Position numbers and translations under genes: made by a program. A stretch of DNA of 64,000 nt from Chloroflexota bacterium. GTDB taxonomy: Bacteria > Chloroflexota > UBA11872 > VXOZ01. Location: positions 1,024,001 through 1,088,000 of the forward strand of contig OY760183.1 in assembly GCA_963663275.1 (NCBI GenBank), read 5' to 3'. Under the pieces are notes generated by a model, which was not told where the DNA came from, searched no databases, and was given only the letters and a program-made list of their open reading frames with translations. Positions 7,630 through 16,317 of the stretch are shown piece by piece; positions within the stretch are counted from its first letter, which is position 1; every line of letters starts with the position of its first letter.

Positions 7630-10290
7630 GTGCGCACCGACGAAATCCGCCAACGTTTCCTCGACTATTTCGAAGAAAAGCAACATCTGGTCATGCCCGG
7701 GTCGTCGCTCATTCCCCAGGGCGATCCCAGCGTGCTGCTCACCTCCGCCGGCATGCAACAGTTCAAGGACTACTACCTCGGCTTGGCCGACCCGCCGCGG
7801 CCGCGCATCGCCACCGTGCAGAAGTGCCTGCGCACCGACGACATCGAGGAAGTGGGCGACCAGTCCCATCTCACCTTCTTCGAGATGCTGGGCAACTTCG
7901 CCTTTGGCGACTACTTCAAGGAAGAGGCCGTTGCTTTCGCCTGGGAACTGGTGACCGAACGCTTTCCGTTTCAGAAAGAGCAGGTCTGGGCCACGGTCTT
8001 TGGCGGTCAGGGCGACCTGGGGCCCGATGAAGAGGCCGAGCGCGCCTGGCTGGCGGTGGGCGTGCCGCCGGAGCGCATCGTGCGCTATCCGGGCTGGGAG
8101 GAGAACTGGTGGGGGCCCACCGGCGATTCCGGTCCCTGCGGACCGTGCTCGGAGATTCACCTGGAACTTGCGCCCAACACCGACGGGCACGACTGCCTGG
8201 GCCCGGCCTGCCCCTGCGGCCGCTTCCTGGAAATCTGGAACCTGGTCTTCAACCAGTATTACTCCAGCGTCGGCGGTAACCAACTGAACGCCGAGGCCCT
8301 GACGCCTCTGGCAAACGTCGGCGTGGACACCGGCGCGGGACTGGAACGCTGGGCCGTGGCGCTGCAAGGGGTCGCCACGATCTACGATACCGATGCGTTC
8401 CTGCCCGTCGTCCAACAAGCGGCGGAGATGCTCGGCTGCGCCTACGGCGCCAGCGACGCGCAAGACGTGGGACTGCGCATCATCTGCGAGCACACCCGCG
8501 CCGCGGTCTTTCTGATTGGCGACGGCGTGCTGCCCGGCAACGCGGGCCGCAGTTACGTGCTGCGCCGCCTGATCCGCCGCGCCATGCGCCACGCCTACCT
8601 GCTCGGCCGCCGCGAACCGATGCTGGCTACGCTCGGCCAAAGCGTCATCGGCCTGATGGGCGCGGCGTACCCGGAGGCGCGGGAGCGGGAGGACTTTATC
8701 CTGCGCATGATTACCAAGGAGGAAGAAAACTTCCTGGGTAACGTGAGCCGGGGACTGCCCATTCTCACCGCCATGCTGGAAAACGTCGCGCAGGACGGCG
8801 GCGCGACCATGGCCGGCGCGGATGCGTTCCTCCTCCACGATTCCTACGGCTTCCCCATCGAGCTTACCCGGGAGGTGGCCGGCAAACGCGGCATCACGGT
8901 GGATGAAGAGGCGTACCAGGCCGCGCTGCGGGAACAACAGGAACGCAGCCGCCAAAGCGCCCAGTTCGAGATCGTGCAGAACCTGCCCGCCGACTTTCCC
9001 GGGGTGGAGTTCACCGGCTACGAAACGACGACCGACACCGGTACCGTCGTCGGCATCCAGCAGGGAGATGAGCGGGCCGGCCGGCTGAAGACCGGCGAAG
9101 AGGGTCTTATCATCCTGGACCGCACGCCGTTCTACGCCGAAGGCGGCGGACAGGTGGGCGATACCGGAGAGATTATTGGCGCGGACGGGGTCTTTCGGGT
9201 GGAAAACACGCATTCGCCGCAGCCCGGGCTTATCGTCCATCAGGGCACGGTTGCGGAGGGCGCAATCGTCGCCGATTCAACGGTAACGGCAACCGTGGAT
9301 GCGCCGCGCCGCGCCGACACCGCGCGCAATCACACGGCAACCCATCTCCTGCACGCCGCCCTGCGCGGCCTGCTCGGCGACCACGTGCAGCAATCCGGTT
9401 CGCTGGTCGCGCCGGACCACCTGCGCTTCGACTTTGCCCATCCCGAGGCCCTCACGCGCCAGGACGTCGCGGAAGTGGAGCGGCGCGTGAACGCTCACGT
9501 GCAGGCAAATCTCTTAACTGAGATAAGGTACTTAGAAACATCGGAAGCGGTGGCCGCGGGCGCGCTGGCGCTCTTTGGCGAGAAGTACGGTGAGACCGTG
9601 CGGATGCTCAGCATCGACGGCGTGAGCAAGGAACTCTGCGGCGGCACCCACGTACCGGCCACCGGCGCGATCGGCCTCTTCGTCATTCGCAGTGAATCCA
9701 GCATCGGCGCGGGTCTGCGCCGCATCGAGGCGCTCACCGGCCCGGCCGCGATTCGTCACGTTCAGGAACAGAACGCCCTGCTGCTCGACCTCTCTACGAC
9801 GCTGGAGACGCCGCCGCAGGAACTTGCGGCCCGCGCCGCCGCGCTAAAGGAAGAAGCCGCTGAACAGCGGCGGCAGATTACGCGCCTGGAGCGCGGCCAG
9901 GCGGGCCAGCAGGTGGAGCAACTCATCGCCGCGGCGGAGGACCTCGATGGCGTGACGCTTGTGGTGGGCACGGTGGACGCGCCCAACGTGGAAACCTTCC
10001 GCGAGCTTGGCGATCGGGTCAAGGACCGGCTCGGCGGCGCCGGCGCAGTGCTGCTGGGCGCCCTGCTCAACGACCGCCCGCAGTTCCTCATCATGACCAC
10101 CAAAGGCTTGTCGAAAGAGCGCGGCGTCCACGCCGGCAACCTGGTGCGCGCGGTCGGCAAGGCGGCCGGCGGCGGCGGCGGCGGCGGTCCCGAAACCGCC
10201 CAGGCCGGCGGCCGCGACCCGGCCAAATTGGACGAAGCCCTGCAGCAGGGCGCCCAACTCCTGCGGGACGCCCTGCAGAGCGCGAACTAG
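7630..10290 (+). CDS. alaS: Alanine--tRNA ligase
   Basis: EIRQRFLDYF, SAGMQQFK, HLTFFEMLGNF, GPCGPCSEI, editing motifs HTATHLLH and ELCGGTH, C-terminal GGGGG DHHA1 domain. Confidence 0.98.
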   Translation: MRTDEIRQRFLDYFEEKQHLVMPGSSLIPQGDPSVLLTSAGMQQFKDYYLGLADPPRPRIATVQKCLRTDDIEEVGDQSHLTFFEMLGNFAFGDYFKEEAVAFAWELVTERFPFQKEQVWATVFGGQGDLGPDEEAERAWLAVGVPPERIVRYPGWEENWWGPTGDSGPCGPCSEIHLELAPNTDGHDCLGPACPCGRFLEIWNLVFNQYYSSVGGNQLNAEALTPLANVGVDTGAGLERWAVALQGVATIYDTDAFLPVVQQAAEMLGCAYGASDAQDVGLRIICEHTRAAVFLIGDGVLPGNAGRSYVLRRLIRRAMRHAYLLGRREPMLATLGQSVIGLMGAAYPEAREREDFILRMITKEEENFLGNVSRGLPILTAMLENVAQDGGATMAGADAFLLHDSYGFPIELTREVAGKRGITVDEEAYQAALREQQERSRQSAQFEIVQNLPADFPGVEFTGYETTTDTGTVVGIQQGDERAGRLKTGEEGLIILDRTPFYAEGGGQVGDTGEIIGADGVFRVENTHSPQPGLIVHQGTVAEGAIVADSTVTATVDAPRRADTARNHTATHLLHAALRGLLGDHVQQSGSLVAPDHLRFDFAHPEALTRQDVAEVERRVNAHVQANLLTEIRYLETSEAVAAGALALFGEKYGETVRMLSIDGVSKELCGGTHVPATGAIGLFVIRSESSIGAGLRRIEALTGPAAIRHVQEQNALLLDLSTTLETPPQELAARAAALKEEAAEQRRQITRLERGQAGQQVEQLIAAAEDLDGVTLVVGTVDAPNVETFRELGDRVKDRLGGAGAVLLGALLNDRPQFLIMTTKGLSKERGVHAGNLVRAVGKAAGGGGGGGPETAQAGGRDPAKLDEALQQGAQLLRDALQSAN

Positions 10291-10352
10291 CCAGCCGCAC
10301 GTGGCCAACGCGCTCTTGCGCGCGCCGTCAAGCGTCGTTGGCCCGCCGTAGC

Positions 10353-10420
10353 GTAGGGGCGGTTCGCGAACCGCCCCTACCGTTAGCGCCGGTAGCGCGG
10401 GGGGCTTGTCTCCCGCCTCT
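10353..10420. repeat. GTAG-type REP hairpins downstream of alaS
   Basis: GTAGGGGCGGTTCGCGAACCGCCCCTAC followed by GTAGCGCGGGGGGCTTGTCTCCCGCC. Confidence 0.8.
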
Positions 10421-10623
10421 TGCTACAATGGTCGCCGCCAACTCCGCCAACGCACTAAGGACACACGCCTTCGATTCCTCCCCTCTATCAACCTACGGGA
10501 CTGCGGCGCGCTCGGCATGACGTTAGTAGTCAACCCAACCTGATTCCTTGTAAATTCATCCCCTTTAAGGCATCGTATAGAGTGAGTTGACTAAGCGGCA
10601 TTCTTGATGCAAGGAGTTACAGC

Positions 10624-11841
10624 ATGGCGCTATCTGCGGACGAACAAGCGGTTTTGAACGGTGAAAAGCGCAACCTGCCTTTCCTGCCGGCCCTGGGCGG
10701 CTGGTACAACGAAGAAGAGGTGGAGGCGTTGACCCAGGCGTTGCGCGAGAGCATGGAATGGAAAGTAGGCTTCACCGGCAACGACATCGCGGAATTCGAG
10801 CGGGAATTCGCCGAGTATTGCGACGTAAAGTACGCGTTTGCCGTGAATTCGTGCGGCACCGGCCTGGATGGGGCCATGCAGGCGCTGGACCTCGGCCCGG
10901 ACGATGAGGTCATCGTGCCGGCCATAACCTACATTGCCACCGCCCAGGCGGTCGTCGGCGTCGGCGCCAAGGTCGTGCTGGCCGAGTGTCACGCGGATAC
11001 GTTCAACGTGGATCCCAACGACGTGGAACGCCGCATGACGCCCAACACCCGCGCCATCCTGCCGGTGCACAACAACGGCCTTTCCGCCGACATGGACGCC
11101 CTGGCCGACATTGCCGCGCGGCATCCGCATCCCGTGCACGGCCCGCCGCCCGTGATTGGCGACGCGGCCCGCGCGGCCGGCGGCGGCTACAAGGGCACCC
11201 GCGTCGGCAAGCGCGGCGCGATGAACGTCTTCAGCTTCCAGACCACCAAGAACATGACCACCCTGGGCGAAGGCGGCATGGTGACGACGGACGACGACGA
11301 TTACGCTGCCTACATCAACAGCAGCCGCTCGTTCGGCTGGGGGCTGCAAGGCTGGGGCACGAACTACCGCCTCACCAAACTCCAGGCCGTGGCCGGCAGA
11401 ATCCAGCTTGCGCGGCTCGACGAGATGAACGACCTGCGCCGCGACCGGGCGTTGATGCTCTCGGCGCACCTCGCCGACGCGCCGGGCGTCATCGTGCCGC
11501 AGACGCCGGACGGCTACGACCACGTGTGGTACGGCTACACGGTGCTGCTGGAGCCGGACTGGGCCGGCGAGCCGCGCGATCGCGTTGCGGAGATCATGCA
11601 GTCCGAGTACGGCGTGGGCAGCGGCGTCATGAACGCCGCGCTGCCTGATTACGATTCCATCCTGAATAAGCTGGGCCACGCGCCGGAAGACGTGCCGGTT
11701 TCCACCGATCTGGGCCGCCGCCTCTTCTGCCCTTCGCTCCACCCGCTGATGAGCGACGACGACGTGCTCTACGTGGCCGCCTCGATCAAGGCGAGTATGC
11801 AGAAAGTCGCCGGCGCGGTCGGCGCCGCCGTCGCGGGCTAG
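10624..11841 (+). CDS. DegT/DnrJ/EryC1/StrS family PLP aminotransferase
   Basis: FEREFA, AVNSCGT, DEVIVPAITY, DAA, FSFQTTKNMTTLGEGG (PLP lysine); AAGGAG RBS. Confidence 0.92.
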   Translation: MALSADEQAVLNGEKRNLPFLPALGGWYNEEEVEALTQALRESMEWKVGFTGNDIAEFEREFAEYCDVKYAFAVNSCGTGLDGAMQALDLGPDDEVIVPAITYIATAQAVVGVGAKVVLAECHADTFNVDPNDVERRMTPNTRAILPVHNNGLSADMDALADIAARHPHPVHGPPPVIGDAARAAGGGYKGTRVGKRGAMNVFSFQTTKNMTTLGEGGMVTTDDDDYAAYINSSRSFGWGLQGWGTNYRLTKLQAVAGRIQLARLDEMNDLRRDRALMLSAHLADAPGVIVPQTPDGYDHVWYGYTVLLEPDWAGEPRDRVAEIMQSEYGVGSGVMNAALPDYDSILNKLGHAPEDVPVSTDLGRRLFCPSLHPLMSDDDVLYVAASIKASMQKVAGAVGAAVAG

Positions 11842-11873
11842 TAGGGTTAGACGGCTCACGTCCTCGCGTTGCC

Positions 11874-11927
11874 GGGCGGCGTTGCGGTAGGGGCACGACA
11901 TGTCGTGCCCCTACCGCAACGCCGCCC
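11874..11927. repeat. 54-bp perfect palindrome centred on a GTAG REP
   Basis: GGGCGGCGTTGCGGTAGGGGCACGACA|TGTCGTGCCCCTACCGCAACGCCGCCC. Confidence 0.9.
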
Positions 11928-11986
11928 TTGACCAAGTGAAGTCTCTGCGCTTTTGGTGCGTAAGGCCTTACCAAAAGAGTGGCGCC

Positions 11987-12196
11987 ATGGACAATCTTAG
12001 CGATTGGGCAACCACCATTGTTGTCGTTGTAGCGTTTGCTGGGCTGATTTGGCGATTCGAAACGCGCATCTCCCATCTCGGCGAGCGGGTATCCCGTCTT
12101 GAAGGCCTTATAGAAGGCTTGAATGACCGCGTGTCTCGCATTGAGAAGGTATTGGATAGCCACTTCATACAGGCCGGCAAGCGGGAGGATACGTGA
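11987..12196 (+). CDS. Small N-terminal TM + coiled-coil protein (paralogue 1), 69 aa
   Basis: MDNLSDWATTIVVVVAFAGLIWRFETRISHLGERVSRLEGLIEGLNDRVSRIE; near-identical paralogue at 28884. Confidence 0.8.
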   Translation: MDNLSDWATTIVVVVAFAGLIWRFETRISHLGERVSRLEGLIEGLNDRVSRIEKVLDSHFIQAGKREDT

Positions 12197-12645
12197 GAGG
12201 GCCGGGAAGTCTCGCGCCGCCGTGAACGGCAAAACGAGTGAGAAGTAGAATGCTCGTTCTTCTCTCTATGCTGCCGGAGCCTCCAGCCGCTACGCCGGAG
12301 GACGCTCCAATGTTTGCCGGTCTCGCCGCCGGCCGGTAGCTGACGACACCCGATATAAGAAGACTTCCGTTTCACGCACAGAGCACAAAACACTGCCGGA
12401 TGGATTGCATGTACTCATGCGCAATCCATCCGGTTGTTCTTTCATCCGCGTAAAAGGCCGCAAAATCGCTCGTCCAACCGCGCTCGCGCATCGTTCCGCC
12501 AGTTGCGCCCGCCTCCTGATTGCTCTACATTTGGGGAAAGAGAGTGTATTTCCTGGCATCCTCCGGTGGTTTCAGCCTGCGCTCCGCGCGGCAACGGTTT
12601 CGGCGAGCGCACTCCCGGTAGCGCCTACAAGGACGGCATGACGCC

Positions 12646-13407
12646 TTGATGCTCGTTTTCAATGTCTGGCGGCGGGCGCTGGGCATGCACTACTTCGAGT
12701 TCTTCACCATCATCCGGGGCAACATCCTCTGGGCGCTGTTCTGCTTACCCTACGTGCTCTACAGCTACGTCGCCCTGCTGCCGCTGCTCACGGACAGCGC
12801 GGAGACCGCCCGGGACACGTCGCCGATCATCCAGGGCCTTTCCTACATCATCGCCTCGCTGGTGTTGCTTACGCTGGCCGGCCCGGCCACCGCCGCCCTC
12901 TACGACTACGCCGCCCGCTCGCTGGACGGCGAGGCCGTGGGCATGCAGTCCTATTGGGAGAGTTTCCGCGCGCACTTCATCAAGGGCTACCTGGTGGCGG
13001 CGCTCGACCTGCTGATCCTCGCCACGCTGGTGCTCAACACCTGGTTCTATCTGACGGCGGACATCCCCCAACTCTTCCGCGTGCTCAGCATCGTCTTCAT
13101 GTGGGGCATCGTGTTCTGGGTTGCCATTCAGCCCTACGTGTTCTCGGTGATGATCAAGCTCGACACCTCCGTGTTGCAGACTTTTCGCAACGCGGTGCTG
13201 CTGGCGCTGGACAATCTCGGCGTCACCGTCAGCCTGATGGGCGTGCAAATCGTCATGCTCTTCTTCTTCATTCCCCTCATCGCCATTGCCTATCCGGTGC
13301 TGGGCGGCTCCATCTTTGCCCACACCCACGTGGGCGTCGTGAACGAACTCCTGGACCAGTACGAGGCCAAGCGCGGCGCGGGCGGTACGGCGCCGGGCGA
13401 ATCGTGA
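12646..13407 (+). CDS. Multi-pass membrane protein, YesL/DUF624-like (ABC sugar transport accessory)
   Basis: About five TM segments, GPATAAL motif, adjacent to a MalK-type ATPase. Confidence 0.7.
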   Translation: MMLVFNVWRRALGMHYFEFFTIIRGNILWALFCLPYVLYSYVALLPLLTDSAETARDTSPIIQGLSYIIASLVLLTLAGPATAALYDYAARSLDGEAVGMQSYWESFRAHFIKGYLVAALDLLILATLVLNTWFYLTADIPQLFRVLSIVFMWGIVFWVAIQPYVFSVMIKLDTSVLQTFRNAVLLALDNLGVTVSLMGVQIVMLFFFIPLIAIAYPVLGGSIFAHTHVGVVNELLDQYEAKRGAGGTAPGES

Positions 13408-13417
13408 GGAGGACGCA

Positions 13418-14581
13418 GTGGCAAGCCTCACGCTAGAGGGAGCGACCAAGACCTACAAGAAGCCAAACCCCCTCTCCTGGAAGGGCCTGATCGGGCGCTT
13501 CAGAGGCGGGGAAGCGACCGATACGGTGGTGGCTGATACCGAGGAAGACCTGGTCTACGCGCTGGACGGCATCGACCTTCAGATCGACGACGGCGAGTCG
13601 CTGAGCGTGCTGGGGCCGTCAGGCTGCGGCAAGACGACCCTGCTGCGCATCCTGGCCGGCCTGGAGCATCTGGACGGCGGCAAGGTGCTCTTCGACGGCG
13701 AGGACGTGACCACCGTGAGCCCCCAGGACCGCAACGTGGCGATGGTCTTCCAGGACTACGCCCTGTACCCCCATTGGCCCTCGCAGGACAACCTCGGCTT
13801 CTTCTTCCAGATGCACCAGCGCAAGCATGAGATTCCGGAGCGGGTGCGCATTACGGCGCGGGTGATGGGGCTTGGCTTCGAGACGCTGCTGAGCCAGAAG
13901 CCGCCGAAACTCTCCGGCGGACAGCAACAGCGCGTGGCCATCGCCCGCGCCATCATTCGCGATCCGCGGACGTTTCTCTTCGACGAACCGCTCTCGAACC
14001 TGGACGCCAAGGTGCGCGCCCGCACCCGCGTGGAGATCAAACGCCTGGTGCAGCGTTTCGGCATTACGTCGGTCTACGTGACCCACGACCAGTCCGAGGC
14101 TTTTACCATGGGCGACCGCGTGGCCGTGATGCACGACGGCAAGATCCTGCAAGTGGATACCCGCCGCCGGCTTATCGAGCGTCCGCTCAACCTCATGGTG
14201 GCCGACTTCATTACGCTGCCGGCCATGAACCTGCTGCCCGGCGTGGTGCACCGGGAGTACGTGGACGTGCACGACCGCAAGGTCGCGCCGCCGCCAGTGG
14301 TGCTCCAGCAGTACCAGGCCGAACGGGTGACCATCGGCATCCGGCCCGCGGACGTGGTGCTGCGCCCCGACAACGAGGAGGACACGATTCCGGCCAAGGT
14401 GGAGATCGTGGAACCCCTGCTCAGCGACCGCGCGGTGCTGCTCACGGTGCGCGTGGGGCGCTACGTCTACCGCGTCCAACGGCCGCAGACCGAACACCAC
14501 GAGCCGGATACGCTCATCTTCATGCAGGTCCCCGCCCACTGCCAGCACGTTTTCGATAGCAAAGGGCGGCGCGTCAACTAG
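13418..14581 (+). CDS. ABC sugar transporter ATP-binding subunit (MalK/MsmK-like)
   Basis: GPSGCGKTT, MVFQDYALYPH, LSGGQQQR, FLFDEPLSNLDAK, YVTHDQ, C-terminal TOBE-like region. Confidence 0.95.
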   Translation: MASLTLEGATKTYKKPNPLSWKGLIGRFRGGEATDTVVADTEEDLVYALDGIDLQIDDGESLSVLGPSGCGKTTLLRILAGLEHLDGGKVLFDGEDVTTVSPQDRNVAMVFQDYALYPHWPSQDNLGFFFQMHQRKHEIPERVRITARVMGLGFETLLSQKPPKLSGGQQQRVAIARAIIRDPRTFLFDEPLSNLDAKVRARTRVEIKRLVQRFGITSVYVTHDQSEAFTMGDRVAVMHDGKILQVDTRRRLIERPLNLMVADFITLPAMNLLPGVVHREYVDVHDRKVAPPPVVLQQYQAERVTIGIRPADVVLRPDNEEDTIPAKVEIVEPLLSDRAVLLTVRVGRYVYRVQRPQTEHHEPDTLIFMQVPAHCQHVFDSKGRRVN

Positions 14582-14875
14582 CGCGAGAAGCAAGGCTCCC
14601 TCTTTCGGCGGAGACCTTGGCGTAACCTCGGGCGGCGGTCTTTCCACTCCCTCTCCCCGGGGAGCGAGGACAAGGGCGGCTCTTTCCACACCCTCTCCCT
14701 GGGGAGAGGGCCGGGGTGAGGGGATTACGCTCAGGAAACCGGAAACTCGCTTCGCTCAGAGTCGTACCCCCTCACCCTAACCCTCTCCCCCAGGAGAGGG
14801 AACCGGAGCCGCTCCGGAGATATTGCGTTTCCCTCTGAGATAAGTCTAATCCGCCTGGAAGCGCCAAATTCATCC

Positions 14876-15862
14876 TCACGGATACTCCAGGAGCACGCCG
14901 AGGTACTCGTCCTTGCGGTCGCGCAGGCCGTCGTACGCCGTCTGTCCCGCGGTGTAGGGCAGCGTGTGCGTGATCAGCGGCTCCACGTTGACGCGGCCGC
15001 TCGCCAGCAGCGACCAGAGGAACGGCACGTCCCGCTCGCGGGTAGCGGCGTCAACCGTGCTGGCGTGCGCGCCGATGACGCGCAAGCCGGTGCGGTGCAC
15101 GTCGAAGTAGGGATCGAATTCCAGCTTGTCCCGGGGGCTGCCCAGCAGGACGACGCGGGCGTGGTTGGCCGCGGCTTTCAGGGCCAGGTCGATCGTGGGC
15201 CCGCTGCCGACCGCTTCAACGACGTAGTTCGCGCCGCGCGGGCCAAGCTCCGGCAGCCAGTCGGCCAACGGTTTTTCGCTGAGATCGAACGCCAGGTCCA
15301 CGCCGCAGGCCAACGCCTGCCCCAAACGCACGGCCGCCAGGTCCGCGGCGGCTACCTGGCCGGCGCCCGCCGCCGCGCAGAGTTGCGCGCAGAGATTCCC
15401 GACCAGGCCCATGCCAAGCACGAGCGCGTTCTCGCCAAAGGAGACCGGCGCCTGGCGAGGCGCCGACATGGCGATTTGCAGCATGGCATAGAACGGCACG
15501 CACGAATCGGGAACGTCCGCCGGGGCCGGCTGCACGGCATCGCGGCTGAGGAGCGCGTAGGTCGCGTGGCGGCCGCGGTGGAAGACGCGCTCCCCCGGCG
15601 TCAGGTCGTCCACGCCCGCGCCGACCGCCAGCACCTCGCCGCACGCGGCGTAGCCGGGGTAGAACGGATACTTGGCATAGCCGAAGTCGGCCTCGTCGAA
15701 TCCCCGATGGGTGCGCGTGAACATGGCAAGTTCCGTGCCCGCGCTGATCAACGAGAGCCGGTTTTGGATAAGGACTTCACCGGGGCCGGGCGCGTCCGGC
15801 AGAGACGCGGTCTCGACGACGCAGCGATCTTTGCCCGGAAATACAAGCCGTTGGATATCCAT
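14876..15862 (-). CDS. MDR-superfamily (zinc-binding alcohol dehydrogenase-like) oxidoreductase
   Basis: Start MDIQRLVF at 15862; ISAGTE, YPGY, Rossmann GMGLVG, VEAVG, PLITH. Confidence 0.88.
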   Translation of the reverse strand: MDIQRLVFPGKDRCVVETASLPDAPGPGEVLIQNRLSLISAGTELAMFTRTHRGFDEADFGYAKYPFYPGYAACGEVLAVGAGVDDLTPGERVFHRGRHATYALLSRDAVQPAPADVPDSCVPFYAMLQIAMSAPRQAPVSFGENALVLGMGLVGNLCAQLCAAAGAGQVAAADLAAVRLGQALACGVDLAFDLSEKPLADWLPELGPRGANYVVEAVGSGPTIDLALKAAANHARVVLLGSPRDKLEFDPYFDVHRTGLRVIGAHASTVDAATRERDVPFLWSLLASGRVNVEPLITHTLPYTAGQTAYDGLRDRKDEYLGVLLEYP

Positions 15863-16085
15863 TGTGCAGGCAGCCTCCCGTAGTTGTGTGTGTTCGTACC
15901 GTAGCGCGTGTAACGGTCGGTGATCTCCCACCGGGACGCGCGTTTGCCGCATCGGCGGGGGACAAGCCCCCGCGCTACACCTATGCGTGGTCGCGGTCGG
16001 CGTTTTCCCACCAGGGCGAATGCGGCACGGCATGATTTCGGTGATTGCTCAATTGGCGGCAATACGCCATGCATTAACCCTACGC

Positions 16086-16317
16086 CCGCGCAGGTTACAA
16101 ACCTACGCTACCGGATGGGGGCTTTGCGGACAACGCACTCCCCGGGCGCAGGTTACAAACCTACGCTACCGGATAGGGGCTTAATGGACAACGCTCTCCA
16201 CCCGCGCAGGTTACAAACCTACGCTACCGGATAGGGGCTTAATGGACAACGCTCTCCACCCGCGCAGGTTACAAACCTGCGCTACCGGATGAGGGCTTAG
16301 CGGACAACGCTCTCCAC
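16086..16317. repeat. Four 58-bp tandem units (REP plus a copy of the adjacent gene 3' end)
   Basis: CAGGTT at 16091, 16149, 16207 and 16265; spacer GGACAACGCTCTCCAC equals the last codons of the ABC gene. Confidence 0.9.

Noticed and set aside
12200-12240. Cobalamin or c-di-AMP riboswitch
   Set aside because: Only isolated short matches; core consensus elements are missing.
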